A stretch of 64,000 bases of DNA, from NCBI RefSeq assembly GCF_036321535.1, contig NC_087436.1, positions 93,250,001-93,314,000 of the forward strand, written 5' to 3'. Numbering within the stretch: the stretch's first letter is position 1; each line of letters starts with the position of its first letter. Below, piece by piece: positions 52,173 through 64,000 of the stretch. Source of the DNA: Camelus dromedarius (Eukaryota). Position numbers and translations under genes: made by a program. Under the pieces are notes generated by a model. The model saw only the letters and a program-made list of their open reading frames with translations. It did not search any database and was not told where the DNA came from.

Positions 52173-52514
52173 GGAAGGGGAGAGACCTAATTGTAAACCA
52201 ATTTGGCAAATATTTAGTCCAATGCAATAAATTAAACAGTTCCATTAAGTTCAGTCTTTTCAGGCATCACGATCCGGTGCTGAGATTTCTTGCTCTCCTC
52301 CTGCATACCTCCAAGATAGTAGCTAGGTATGTGAAGAGGGGTGTGTATCTCCATTATTATGGTGACATGGGAGGTGGGAAACACAAATTGGATAGTGTCC
52401 TCTGAATCCTGGCTACTCTCTGCTGCAGAGTGGCCAGTCTGGGCTGCTACCTGGCCTGGGGACCACGGAAGTGAGATTGGCTAGATCTCTCCCCCTTGAT
52501 GTTCCATGGGCATC

Positions 52515-53103
52515 TGAAGGAGAATTAATAAAATGGCCACACTTGGGCTAACAGACTGCTTCTTCTTATAAACGGTCAACTAACCTGACTGACCGGCTTA
52601 TACTCACAGCTCCAGGCCCGTTGTTAAAATAAAGCTATTAATTTCACTGTTTCTGCTTTAATTCAGTAATTGAAAGTAATAATCATGCTTGGTCTCTGAG
52701 TCATTGTCCAGGGAGAAGGTCACGGGACTGTAACCTTTCAAAATACCCTGAATTACCAAAAAGACCACGCCTTGGGTGCTTATAAGATAAAGAGATGGAA
52801 AGAGTGACAAGCACTAGCCTCTATAGAATTAGTCACCTGGAAACACCATGATGCCACTCCGAGCCTTTTGAGAAGAAAATAACTCTGCTGATTGTCATCA
52901 ATGCTTTATTGTTTGAGCTAAGGCTGTATAATCACCCTGCCCCATCCCCAAGATGGGTGCACAGTTTTGAAGGCACCAGCCCACTGAGAGTCCCCTTTGC
53001 CCAGCAGAGCAATAAAGCTGTCTCTTTTCTTCTGTGCTCTAAGACTCTTGTCTCAGAGTTTCAACTTGGCTCCTCAGGGACAGGGACCGATCTTTTGGCA
53101 ACA
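52515..53103 (+). mobile_element. ERV1-class solo LTR (MER34/MER39-like), 589 bp
   Basis: TGAAGG...GGCAACA termini; 4-bp TSD CATC/AATC (1 mismatch); TATAAT at ~52927; AATAAA at ~53011. Confidence 0.8.
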
Positions 53104-53519
53104 AATCTGCTACTGACATCCACAGCCAGTGCTCAGGGCCTTGGGTACCACTGGCCATCCGCCAGTGGTGCTAGAAACAGCTCTGCGTCTCATGCTCCAC
53201 CCAGCGCCTGGCATAAGCCCACTGTCTTTTAACTCAGCTACCTTCTGAGTCTTCCCTTGAAGAAATCAAGAACTTCTGGTGCCTTCTGCCACCACCCAGG
53301 AGCCGAGAGAGGATTGTGAGTGCACCTGAGACCTCCTTCTACCTGACCTCACCATCAAGTCCTCTTACGTTGCTGGTCACCCTTTCCAGGTTGGCATGAG
53401 GTTACTCCACGTAGCAGTCTCCACCCAGAAACCTTAAACAGGAAGTGGGACAAAACTTGCCTCTGCCTTTGGCATTCCCATCAGCCAGGACAAGGCCCTC
53501 TGCCCTCAGTATCCCCTGT

Positions 53520-53981
53520 CTGCCTAGTTTTGACCATTAATTCCTTCCCTCCCTTTAAGCACAGACCTCTCCATCCATCAAGAGGTGGGGTCTATTCCCC
53601 TCCCTTGAATCTAGACTGACTCTGTAGCTTCCTTTGACCAACAGGATACAGTTAAAGTAATGTTCTGGAATTAGCGCTAAGAGGACTAGCAACTTCTGCT
53701 TTCTGTCCCTCAGAAGCCAGCTACCTGAGGAAGATCAACTGCCCGGAGGTCACCATGTTATGGGAAAGCACTGAGGTACCAGACATGGGAGAGAAGACTT
53801 CTTGGACCTCCAAGCCCATCCTCTCAACACCAGGTGAATACAATGACCTGCCAGCACCACCTGGAACAGGACCGCCCAGCTGAGCTAGTCAACTCAGAGA
53901 ATCTTGAGAAATAACAAACTGCTGTTATTTTAAGCCAGTAAGTTTGGATGGTTTCTTACACAGTAATAGGTAACTAAAACA
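53520..53981 (+). mobile_element. MaLR solo LTR (MLT1G/H-like)
   Basis: CATCAAGAGGTGGGGTCTATTCCCCTCCCTTGAATCT...CCCAGCTGAGC...TTTTAAGCCAGTAAGTTTGG...AATAGGTAACTAAAACA. Confidence 0.85.
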
Positions 53982-55169
53982 GTCAGAAAAATAGAAAAAT
54001 AAGCTACATAAATATATTAAAGGGTTTCCTAAAATGTAATCACAGTGACACGGTAGTAAGACACACAAAGCGACAAAAATGTGGGGAGCAACCATTTCAA
54101 CATAATGTCCACTCATTTGCAAGAGTTTTGTTGTGCTTTATTTTTTTTTAACTAAATGCACTCATGCATTTAATTCATCTGTAGCCAAAGAACCACTTAC
54201 ACTACTCTTTTTCTTCCCCAATTAGCATGCAGGGATTTCCGTCTGATTAAGAGAATGTGATATGCAAAGTCAGTGGACCACTGTCTTGCATAACAAACCA
54301 AAACCTTTTGACATCAGTGAGAAAATTCCTCAAGAATGCAGAGGACATAATGCCAATTGTTAAGTGTGAAATTCCAGAGTATTAACCCTTTGAGAGATGC
54401 TGTCACATTTAGTCTTATTTGCGGTTGATCAAAAGGACCGTGAAACTAGATCAGAAAATTATGCACCAGCCTCTACTGCCTACTTTAAAAAAAAAAACTG
54501 TAATAGAAACTTGATCTTTTTAAGAGCTCCCAAACGACCTGCATTTTAGCAACCAGGTTTTAAGTCATGAAAGTTCACTATCATTTAAGAACGGTGTCCA
54601 GACAAGTAAGCCTCTTAATTGAAAGTCCCAATCAAGAGCCATCCCCGAGGCCTTAACATTTACTTTGGGAAATATTTTTAAATGGAAAACTGACAGCCAA
54701 GCCATGGCCAAATGACACCATTCCAAACAAGGACTGAGGACCGCTGGACTGACTTACTAGGGCAATCTGCTTAGAAAGTTGTCAGGGGTGAGAGAAATGA
54801 CAGAGTCACTCAGACGGGAAAGTATGGACTGTTTGCTTTCTCTGCTTTCCGTCTGCACTCTTACTCCTTCTCACTCCTAACCCCTCCACTGTGGATGCGG
54901 ACAAGGGGCCACGCGTGCACACGATCTGAAGCTATAAATGAAGAGTTATACCAAGGATGGGGTTCTAGGTCTCAAAAGTCCCTGTCAGGTATCCAGGGCA
55001 GCACCACACATATTTTAAAGCCACCCAAACAAGCAAGGTTAGATTGTACCAAAAGGCAACAATATACCTGTTATTTTTAGTTGCCATGACTAATCTGCTC
55101 AAGCAGTGTTCACATAGCATTCATCAGCCGGGAACATAACCGCCCTATTTTGAACTCAAATTTGTCTGT

Positions 55170-55425
55170 GCAGTAGAGCTTGGAAGGGAAAAACAAGCTG
55201 TTCTGAAATCAAAGGGTCTGGATTCAAATTCCAGGAACAGCACCTGTTAACACTAAGTATGTGGCCCAGAGTGAGTGACTTACTATCCCAGCCTGAATGT
55301 CTTCATCTGTAATACACAAATAGTAGCTACCTTACTACTGAGGGAACATTAACTGTGGTTTCATATGAGAAAAGAAAGCTTTAATTACTAGCTGGGCACA
55401 GATTCAATTAGTGTTAGCCATTATT
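55170..55425 (+). mobile_element. MIR SINE
   Basis: CTGGATTCAAATTCCAGG...GTCTTCATCTGTAATAC. Confidence 0.65.
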
Positions 55426-55834
55426 ATTAAAATTATTGAAGTTTCTGTTTTCTTTACCTATTGTATTGGCACCCAGCCCCTCAGCCCTTAACCTAAAACT
55501 GCTCATGAAAGTAATCACTCAGAACTCAAAAGAGCATGAGAAAAGATTTGTAAAAGTTAAGAAAAGTAGTTAGAAGGACTCATTGTATATGGAATCCAAC
55601 AAGATGACGAGTGAGGAGAAACATGAACAGAGGAGAAAACAGACACACATCACAATTAAATAAGAGCTTTGCAAAGCCAAGTGTAACTGTGACTCCAAGA
55701 GAATTCAAACTCTTTTTTTTTATTTTGGCAAGTTAATGGAAATCCAATTCAGCTATATGCCTTTTCCTCCTCGATTAATTCCTGTGAGATAATATCCGAT
55801 GAAATCCTTTGAAAACCAGTAAGCCCTGTGCCAA

Positions 55835-56065
55835 CAGGGAATATTTATTGGGTGCTTATTACATGTCAGACACTGCTGGCATTTTACGTAAACCATATAC
55901 CGAACTGTCACAACAACACTTTGAAACAGTTCTTATGTTCCTCATTTTACTGAGAAGGAAACTGAGCCTGAAGGCAACTCAGCCACTTGCCCAAGGTTGT
56001 CCAGGTAGCAAGAGGCCGGCCAGGATCTCCACTTGCGTCTGCAGAGCCCACACGTCTGCTCTTTC
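55835..56065 (-). mobile_element. MIR SINE
   Basis: TATTTATTGGGTGCTTATTAC...CATTTTACTGAGAAGGAAACTGAGCCTG...ACTTGCCCAAGGT. Confidence 0.8.
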
Positions 56066-56914
56066 TACCCAGGAGGAGGAGGTGGTGTATCTCAAAGTTT
56101 GGAGACCTTCCTTTGAATTTCGCAGAGACGAACAGGAAATGGATTACACAATCATTTTCCATTTCACGTCTAGACTCTAGGAAACAACCCATAACCCACT
56201 AGGAAGCAGACAAGAAGCACGGGGCTGTGAACCCAGCATTGAAAAGGCCCCAGAGGAGGATGGAGAAATAACAATCTGGACATTCAGTTGCAGTTTAGAA
56301 GGCCAGCACCAACTTCAGACAGATGTCTGATATTTTAAATGGCAAATTTGCTTGTGTATTGTGCAGGATTGCTACACTTTCTGTTATAAAGCCATAATGC
56401 TGGTTTATTTCCAATTTCAGCGCTGAAGGACACACAGGGAAAAAAAATAGAAAACCAATTGGCTTTCAATGGAATTTTGTCTGAGTTTTCAGCCAGCATG
56501 TAATAAAGAAGTTATTCTCCTCAGGCACATTCAATTTTTAGACTGCTAAAGCGTGGCAAAAACACAAAAACTGTGTGTTTCATAATGATTCAAAGGAGGA
56601 CCTAAACATTATATAAAATTAAGTAAAGCAAATTTTTCTTAACCAGATTTAAGTTCTGAAGATTATTTCGTAGCTACTTGCAGCTTCTAGAAAATAATTA
56701 TAAAAACTGGGGGAAAGGGGTGAGAAAGGAGATAGACCTAATCTCTTTTAGTACAGAGATGGTTTTTAAACCATCTTTGCTTCATCATTATATTTTGAAA
56801 TTCCTATATAAAACTGCTTCCCAGAAATTTACTTTCTCTAGGACAAGGACACACTCCCTTCATTTTTGTGTCTGCAGCATCTATTACAGTATCTGGCTTA
56901 TGTAAAGTCAGGCA

Positions 56915-57317
56915 TTTCGTGCTGTTTACCAAATATTTCTGAGTCTCCTCCCTCCAGAAACACGGTAAGATTACGCTTTTCTGCCCACTTGAAGTTAGGC
57001 GTGGCCATTTGACTTGACTTGCCTTTCATTTACTGGCCAATAAAATATGAGTAGAAATAATATTATTTTCTAGGCCAAATCCCACAAGATGTGGTACATG
57101 AGTCACCATGTTGCCTTCCTTTCACCATGGGAACCAGCAGCATTCCAGGTGGAGAAGACTCCATCAATCTACACCCACAAGTGAGGCCCACGAGCAACCT
57201 GAAGCCAGCCTTCAATGGACATGTAACACTAACAATAATGAAAACTTCATTGTTTTAAGCAACTGAGATTTGAGTGTTGTTTGTTACTGCAGCATAACCT
57301 AGCACAACCTGATTGAT
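56915..57317 (+). mobile_element. MaLR solo LTR (MLT1I/J-like)
   Basis: CTTGAAGTTAGGCGTGGCCATTTGACTTG...TTGTTTTAAGCAACTGAGATTTGAGTGTTGTTTGTTACTGCAGCATAACCTAG. Confidence 0.85.
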
Positions 57318-58619
57318 CAAAAAATATTTTGGATGGAACTTCAATGAAGAAAAGTCAAGAAAGCAAAACTTGAAGACTACAGGTGGAATGACCATTCCTG
57401 TTGAACCCATTGTCCTTTTTTCGTAATTCTTTCTAGGTTCAAATCTGAGAATACTGTGCTTACCATAGCCTGCTACAAAAATTAATACAACCAAGGTGAA
57501 TATCTGTTTGAACCATGCTTCCAAAGGCCACTGTCCTCAGCATCACCTCTCAAAGATACTAAAATCTGTAGGGAACAGTCTGTTTGCATATCTTAAGCCA
57601 GAATAACATGTTTATTCCTCAGAAATGAGTATCCCTGGCTTGGAGGCTAAACACAGTAAATTTATATTCAAATAACCCAGGGTCAGAATGCTAAAAGCAA
57701 ACAAAAACAAAAACAAACAAACAGAAACAAATGCTGCTTTGTAAAATGGGAATATTTTAAAAGCCCAAGGGAATATGAGAATAAAACACTCTCAAAAAAA
57801 AAATACAAGAAAATGGTGTGCAGATGGACTGTAATATCAAAAATATGCTCTCAAGTTAGACAGAAAGAATTCAGTACAGCCCCTTAAGTATTCTCCCTTT
57901 GCCTGAAACTCATCTAGAGTATTTGCACCTGCTCTTTAAGTTGCTGCTAGCATCTTAAAGCACACCACTTTCTTCCTTTCCAAGTAGAGAGATTTCAAAT
58001 AACGAGACCCTTTCACACGCAACTTGGAAAGGGAAAGGGTCAAAAAATAGGAAATGGAACCAAATGTTTGAGAGGGGAAGGGAAGTACACATGAAAGTCT
58101 TAAGGCAGCAGTGAACAGCTATCTTCCTGAAGCAGTTCAACTCCATGCCTCCCAGCCTAAGTCTTGCCCCCAAGGATACTCTTTTCTCTTTCCTGCTCAG
58201 GAAATGGCTTAGGTACCGGTGTGAACACTATCATCTTTCCTTAATCCTACCTGAAGCCACAGTCCAGCTCCTGCTCCTAGCATATCACTAAAAATGGAAG
58301 CTCAGTCCACAGATCTCTGGAGTTGGAACAAACCTAAAAGAATATCTAGCCAGCCAACTGTCACCTTTTACAGATGGGGAGGCTACAGACTGGCTTAAGG
58401 TCGCACATCTGAATAGTTAGAAGCCACTTAAGATCTCCAAACAGTCACCTGGTTGTCTGCCTTGTGATCCTCAGCCACTTGCTTTCTCTGCCACATTTAT
58501 CCCCGTTGATTCTCTCTTCTCATCTGAAATCAACTCCCTCCCCTGGAGTTCTTGAAACTAATCTCTCCCAGCATTTTCCCAACTCCAGTTCTTTTTAATT
58601 TATTTAACAAATACTTAAA

Positions 58620-58830
58620 TAGCAGGTATCAATTGTTAGACTCTAAGTGCCTTAGAAATACGAAGTTCTCTAACCACCATAACATGGGATACGTACTACT
58701 ACCATCCCCGTTATGCAGATAAGACACAGAGAGGTTAAGTGACTGCCCAAGGTCCACTGCTAGCAAGAGGCAGAGCCAGGATTCAAAACCAAGTAGATTG
58801 GTCTCCCTGTTCTTTCCCACTACTCCACTC
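58620..58830 (-). mobile_element. MIR SINE
   Basis: ATCCCCGTTATGCAGATAAG...GAGAGGTTAAGTGACTGCCCAAGGTC...CAGAGCCAGGATTCAAAACC. Confidence 0.85.
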
Positions 58831-61800
58831 TGTCTCTCCATTGCTACATGCCCTTCTCTCCCAAATACTAGAAAGTCAGCACTTCCTCTGCCCCATCAAG
58901 AGGTCGCCTTTGAGAATCTCAATTCCAGAGCAGTCCAGCCATGGAGCTATTAAGACCACACAAGGAAAACTGCCTCTTATTACCCAGCACACATTTCAGA
59001 GAAATTTTCTTTTCTAGTTGCTGAACACATGGAGAGGGGAGAAAAACTGTAAACCATTCTTTTTTTCCAAATGGACTTACCATTTGGTGGGTAAACAAAG
59101 TGAAGAAACAGAACTAAGCCCCAAGGACTAGCAATGTGGGATGAGTTAAAGCAAAACTCACACTGAATTCATCAGGAGTGACTGACTGAAACTTAACTGG
59201 GGAACGCACTTGTTTATACAGTCTAAAGAAGGAAGAAGTCTTGTTTTGGTAAGATAACCCAGGTCTGGCTTCTGTTTTATTTTTGTTATGTATTTTTGTA
59301 ACCTGGGGTTGGGGTGGGGGTGTTGTATGAGCAGGAGGGCCAAGGTCTCCTGGCAAAAACTCCTTTGTTAAAATCCAGAAAAACAAACAACCAACACTGA
59401 TGTTCTGGAACAGCCCACAGCTGCCCTGCTTTCAAACATTTTACCTTCCACTTATTTAAGGAAATGAGCACACAAAGGCTTCCAGAATTGTGTCTGACCC
59501 CATGGAGGTCACTGCACCAGACCCACTGATTTCTTGCATAAGACATGGAGAGGGCAGCAGGGGAGGAGGGAGGAAATGGCCATGCGGACCGATAAATACA
59601 AAACTGCCCACTCTCTTGACCCTCAGGCAGAAAGAAAACAAAATCCATCATTTGTGAGCTTGGCAAAGGAAGCTTTACTCTGAGGACAAACTTCATGTGG
59701 TACTTAAAACATGCGACATGGCCTTCCTTTGAGTCGGAAGACATGAATAGTGCCTCCAGGAAGACCCTAGACAGTTCATGGTGGGAAGAGGAAGGGAGCA
59801 GGGGGAGCAATGGGAATTCTCCAAAAATTCAAATGATCTCAAGCCATCAGTTTCAAAACCTCTCTCTAAACTATCCAAGTGCTCAGATGTAAAATAACTT
59901 AGGTCTGACCACTTTCTCTGATCATCAGATGGAATCAGGAGATACCAATGATCATTCATTCACTGATTCACCACGTGTGAGGTGGACGCCTCTTTCTGTG
60001 CCCAGAAATTATGCAAGGCACTGGGCGCGGACACAACCACCCCACACCTTCGTCTGTAGGGGAGCTGCGTGTTCACTGCAATTTCACAGAAAACATTGAG
60101 CAGGTGTGCTTTGATGTATCAAGGGTATAAATGAATGCATTTTTTTAACCTAGTATCTTACCTGTAATGATTATTTTAGATGAAAGGGAAGCCAACAGCA
60201 ATTGCTTAATAACTGTGAACTGTTATGTGAGGGCTGCAATCTTTCCTAATTTCAACAAGGCTGAAGAAGTCTGTTTACAAAGACTGGTCAAACTGCACTC
60301 AGGAATAGGGTGGCGCTTTTAAGCAATAATGTTTCCGTGCCAACCCTAAGACTAAAAGGGGCAGTCCCTGGTAGGAAATGACAGTTTTGTGTGGAACCAA
60401 CTGCAGCATGCATTAGACTCTTCACACGCAGAGAACAACCCTTTTCAAACCTCTCCTCAATTGTGAAAGGCAGTAATAAGGAGAGAACCTTCAAAAGATT
60501 GAGTTATCTGAACTACTCTAAGCACGTAATATTTCTAAAGTAAAATTGCCAGGATACGGTTATGATTCATAAATTTCACTAAAGTCTGCTATGAAACATC
60601 CACATAGAATAAATCTTTCACTATTATACAGAAGAATGTAGAAAAACACTTCTTATATACATACCATGAAAAGAACTAAGACTCACCTGGAATTTTATAG
60701 AAATCTTTTCACTCTCTCAAATTTCACAGCTAGCCGCGGTTTCAGAGCAAAACTATTCACATGCATATAAATGTTCCTATAAACAGCAGCACCTCAGACA
60801 TCCAGCTCTCAGCTGTCCAGAAACCCCAGTTCTCTGAAACAGCCATGAGACTAGACATTTAAGTGTCTGCATATGTGAGCAGAATCCCAGAAAAGCCTCT
60901 GACGTGAAGAGTGAGAAAGAGTCAGTGTGCTTGTCAGGAAACTGTTTTTAGAGTTGGTATTTGGCTGCCCAAGTCAGTGCCCACAGACACCCAGTCTGCA
61001 GGGGTAAAGAACTAGAAGTCGATATAACTGGTGTAAAAGCAGCAGGAAGCAGAGGTAGCAGCTAACAGAAACAGAGATGGGGTGGTGGGAGAAAGAGTCC
61101 CTGAGAGTACTGAGAAGTTAAGGGTGGAAACTGCAGGATGAGAAATAGGGCAGAAGCGGTTGGGGCTGGAACCATTCACAGCATCACAACCCTTTCCAGA
61201 CATGAAGCCATTAGAAGGCATCATCTCTCTGTATTAAAACAAGTAAATTACTCTTTACAATCTGTTTCATGTTCGAAATCTTTTTACACGTTCGGAAGAA
61301 AAACAGACACGCTCTTCTCAATTTAAGAATCCATTTGTACCAGGCGAAACCCAGGTTATTAAAAGCAGTGAACAATGACATTGTATTCTTCAAGCAGAGA
61401 CCAGGAGAGGGACTGAGAAACCTGGCGGCCAAGAGGAGTGTTCTTATCACTGAGAAACAGAGCTGGTAATGATCTAACATAGACAGCCACAGGGAAGACC
61501 GAAGATGAATTTTCCTCTGATTTTTCTCTTTGACTGTGGAGCATATAAGAAATACAGATTTCCTGCAGGAAACAGAAAACAAATAGTATCGATGGCCACT
61601 CTGTCTGACCCAAAGGAATGCAATTTTTTAAAGGGGACTGGGCAACGTCTAGCAGCAGCATAAGCAAGAAATAGCTGCGAAGAACTATGATGGTCCACAA
61701 CTCTTTAAACACAACTCCAAAATTCCAGAAGTATATAAGCCTGGTGAAAACTCAATTCATAACAAAACCAGACATGAAGTCACTTGAAGCTACGTGTTGT

Positions 61801-62199
61801 CTTTATTTATCCAATGCAAACATCCATATAACATTAAGCCTTTGAATAGAGGGCGCTGCTAATGGAGATGCCACCTAACATATGTTATATGCACTGTGTT
61901 AACCCCTTAAAACCTGAAAAATTCTGAAATGTGTTTGACTCCAAGAGTTTCACGTAAGTATCCATGGATCCATGCATGGTAAGATTACTTTAGGCTGCCA
62001 ACAAGAATTTAGAAACAGTTTTTAATTTTTGCCTAAGTTCTTTTATTCAACAAACATTTTAAAAGCATGTGCCTGAAACTGAGCTGGGTGTTGGTGTGTT
62101 TATTTCTAAAAGGCCTCAATTTCACTTCGGCCTTACAGGTGAAACAAGATCAGGAGCAAGAATCACCATAGCTACATAAATTATACACAGTTCTATGTT

Positions 62200-62272
62200 C
62201 ATAAGGGGTGGAAGAGAGGGAAGAGAGGAAGGAAAGAGAGGAAGGAGGGAAGGGAGGGAGGGAGGGAGGAGA
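62200..62272. repeat. Polypurine (GGAA/GGGA)n low-complexity tract
   Basis: GGAAGAGAGGGAAGAGAGGAAGGAAAGAGAGGAAGGAGGGAAGGGAGGGAGGGAGGGAGG. Confidence 0.85.
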
Positions 62273-62365
62273 TTGAAGAAAGAACTCTGTCAAAGGCATA
62301 GGGCTGTGTGTGAGTGGGGAAAACATTCACAAAAGATGCTTTAGTTGCTCATATCAAAAAGGGAT

Positions 62366-62545
62366 GGGGGGAGAGTATAGCTCTGTGGTAGAGCACATGC
62401 TTAGCACGTACCAGGTTCTGGGTGCAATCCCCAACACCTCCATTAAAAATAAATCAGTAAATAAATAAGCCTACTTACCTCCCCCAAAACAAAACAAAAG
62501 CAATAAATAAATAAATAAGTACTTTTTTTAAAAACAAAAACAAAC
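62366..62545 (+). mobile_element. tRNA-Ala-derived camelid SINE (Vic-1-like)
   Basis: GGGGGGAGAGTATAGCTCTGTGGTAGAGCACATGCTTAGCACGTACCAGGTTCTGGGTGCAATCCCCAACACCTCCATT, (AATA)n tail, T-run then A-rich tail. TSD CAAAA(A)GGGA. Confidence 0.92.
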
Positions 62546-62856
62546 CAAAAGGGAGACAGAACAGCACTATTGGCAGAATCTTACCTAATTATTCTGAGGT
62601 TCAGAACATCACTCCTAGGGAAAAGTAATCCGCAGACTGGTCCTGCCAATCGGAAAGAAGCACCACTGTGCTGCTTCAGCTTTTCCCCGACCACTTCCAC
62701 CTTCTCTCCACCACACCCTTGCTTTCCCCTGAACCCCACGCCTTAACTTCAGCTTAAAACTTGACTTCTCAATTCTCAGCCTTCAACCAAGACTTCTACC
62801 AGCTTGGGATAATCACAGCAACCACCAGGACATATTAAAATGTGTCTGTTTTTAAG

Positions 62857-62900
62857 TCTCTCTCTCTCTCTCATACACACACACACACACACACACACAC
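62857..62900. repeat. Compound (TC)n(CA)n microsatellite
   Basis: TCTCTCTCTCTCTCTCATACACACACAC... Confidence 0.95.
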
Positions 62901-63479
62901 TCCCAGGCTATAAGGTTTGAGAAGCAGGAATGTTGGACCTATTTGTTTAACCCAGTATCTGGCACATACTGGGGACTTTTTGAAATGTTGGTTGAATGAA
63001 TGAAAGACCTTAAGGAAAAATGAGATACCGTGTCTCGGTAAACATGTTGACTCATTGTTCAACCAAACATTGCTTTTATTTTATGTTTAACAATTGTGTC
63101 AAAAAAAAATATCCTGAGTCCTGGTTCAAAGAGTCTTACTGACTGTTTAAAGTAATCTTACTACATACAGGTCCGCACAGAGGCTGACTGGAAAGCCTTG
63201 GGGCCAGACATGTTTTAAAATTCAGAATTTTCCAGATATTAAAAAATTTATAGAGTGCATACACCCTAAGTAACATAAGCGAATATGAGGGTTTGCTCTT
63301 AACAAACACTCCACCTGCAATTCTGGTGGCTCATATCAGAAAAAGGGTGATGCCTGGAGGGAGAGTGCCAGACCCACCACCTCAACCAAAGCAGAAGTCA
63401 GAGTGCTGGAAGCCCACACTGAAAGCAGAGTCCGTGAAACAACACTAAACCATCAACGATGACAGTGCTGAGAACAAAA

Positions 63480-63690
63480 CCAACAATCACCACCATTTCT
63501 TGAGCATATGCTGTGTGCCAGGCATTGCGGTAAGCACTTTCTGTGTTAAAACTCATTGAAGGCTCATACAATCCCATATACAGATACCAGTCTCTCTCCC
63601 ACTTTACAGATGAGGAAACTGAGGTACAGAAAGGTGTGAAATAACTCACATAAGTTTACTCAGCTAAGACACAGTGGACCCAGAGCATGA
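63480..63690 (-). mobile_element. MIR SINE
   Basis: TGTGTGCCAGGCATTG...CCCACTTTACAGATGAGGAAACTGAGGTACAGAAAGGT. Confidence 0.88.
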
Positions 63691-64000
63691 TATCCAATAA
63701 AAGCTAATGAAATTCATGAATTTACTGTTCGCTCACTGATACAGCATTCGTTAATCAGAAAAAGGAAGTGCAGTGGGAGGAATACGAGCTTCTGTAGTCA
63801 GAAGGAATTTGGTTTGAACCCCAGTCCCCCCCTTTACGTAAATACGTGGCCATGAGGACGGGACTTGAGCTCTGTGATTCCCCTTCTCCCCAGCATAAGA
63901 GAGTGACTGCCGCTTACTACTGACTGAGAGCAGCACGTCATACAACTTTTTTTTACATTCACTGTATACTTATATGCTAGGCGCTATACACGTTTTATTT

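Larger units (their letters stand above)
87..64000 (-). other. LIMCH1: Intron upstream of the exon (large first intron of LIMCH1; preceding exon lies beyond the window)
   Basis: Acceptor AG at 87-88 on minus. No sequence encoding the preceding LIMCH1 peptide (...EAQKWIE) and no CpG island seen in the window. Repeat-dense, with L1/LTR copies mostly antisense to the gene. Confidence 0.8.

Noticed and set aside
59286..59810. 174-aa minus-strand ORF
   Set aside because: Non-ATG start, no recognisable domain, no clear splice structure.
61844..61858. CTCF-like motif (TAGAGGGCGC; similarly CCAGGGGGCAC at ~43675)
   Set aside because: Only the 3' half of the core matches; not distinguishable from chance without ChIP or conservation data.

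Overview
This is mammalian nuclear DNA, not a prokaryotic or viral locus. Three tRNA-Ala-derived SINEs of the Vic-1 type and artiodactyl-type L1 3' ends point to a camelid; the species cannot be resolved from sequence alone. The only coding sequence I can support is a 71-bp minus-strand exon at 16..86 encoding [23 protein letters not shown](E), part of the calponin-homology domain of LIMCH1 (second coding exon of the long isoform). The remaining ~63.9 kb appears to be the large upstream intron of LIMCH1, filled with interspersed repeats (L1, L2, MIR, CR1, MaLR/ERVL and ERV1 solo LTRs, hAT and Tc1/mariner fossils). None of the listed ORFs looks like a real gene, and I found no new multi-gene system. 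The best second-look items are: (1) a decayed Tc1/mariner transposase fossil with rosa/maT-like motifs at ~48.3-49.3 kb, apparently interrupted by a MIR; (2) a MER41-like ERV1 solo LTR with an intact GAS/STAT motif; (3) SINE copies carrying unique 3' read-through tails inside their TSDs. Repeat family names come from recalled consensus resemblance, and most repeat boundaries are approximate.
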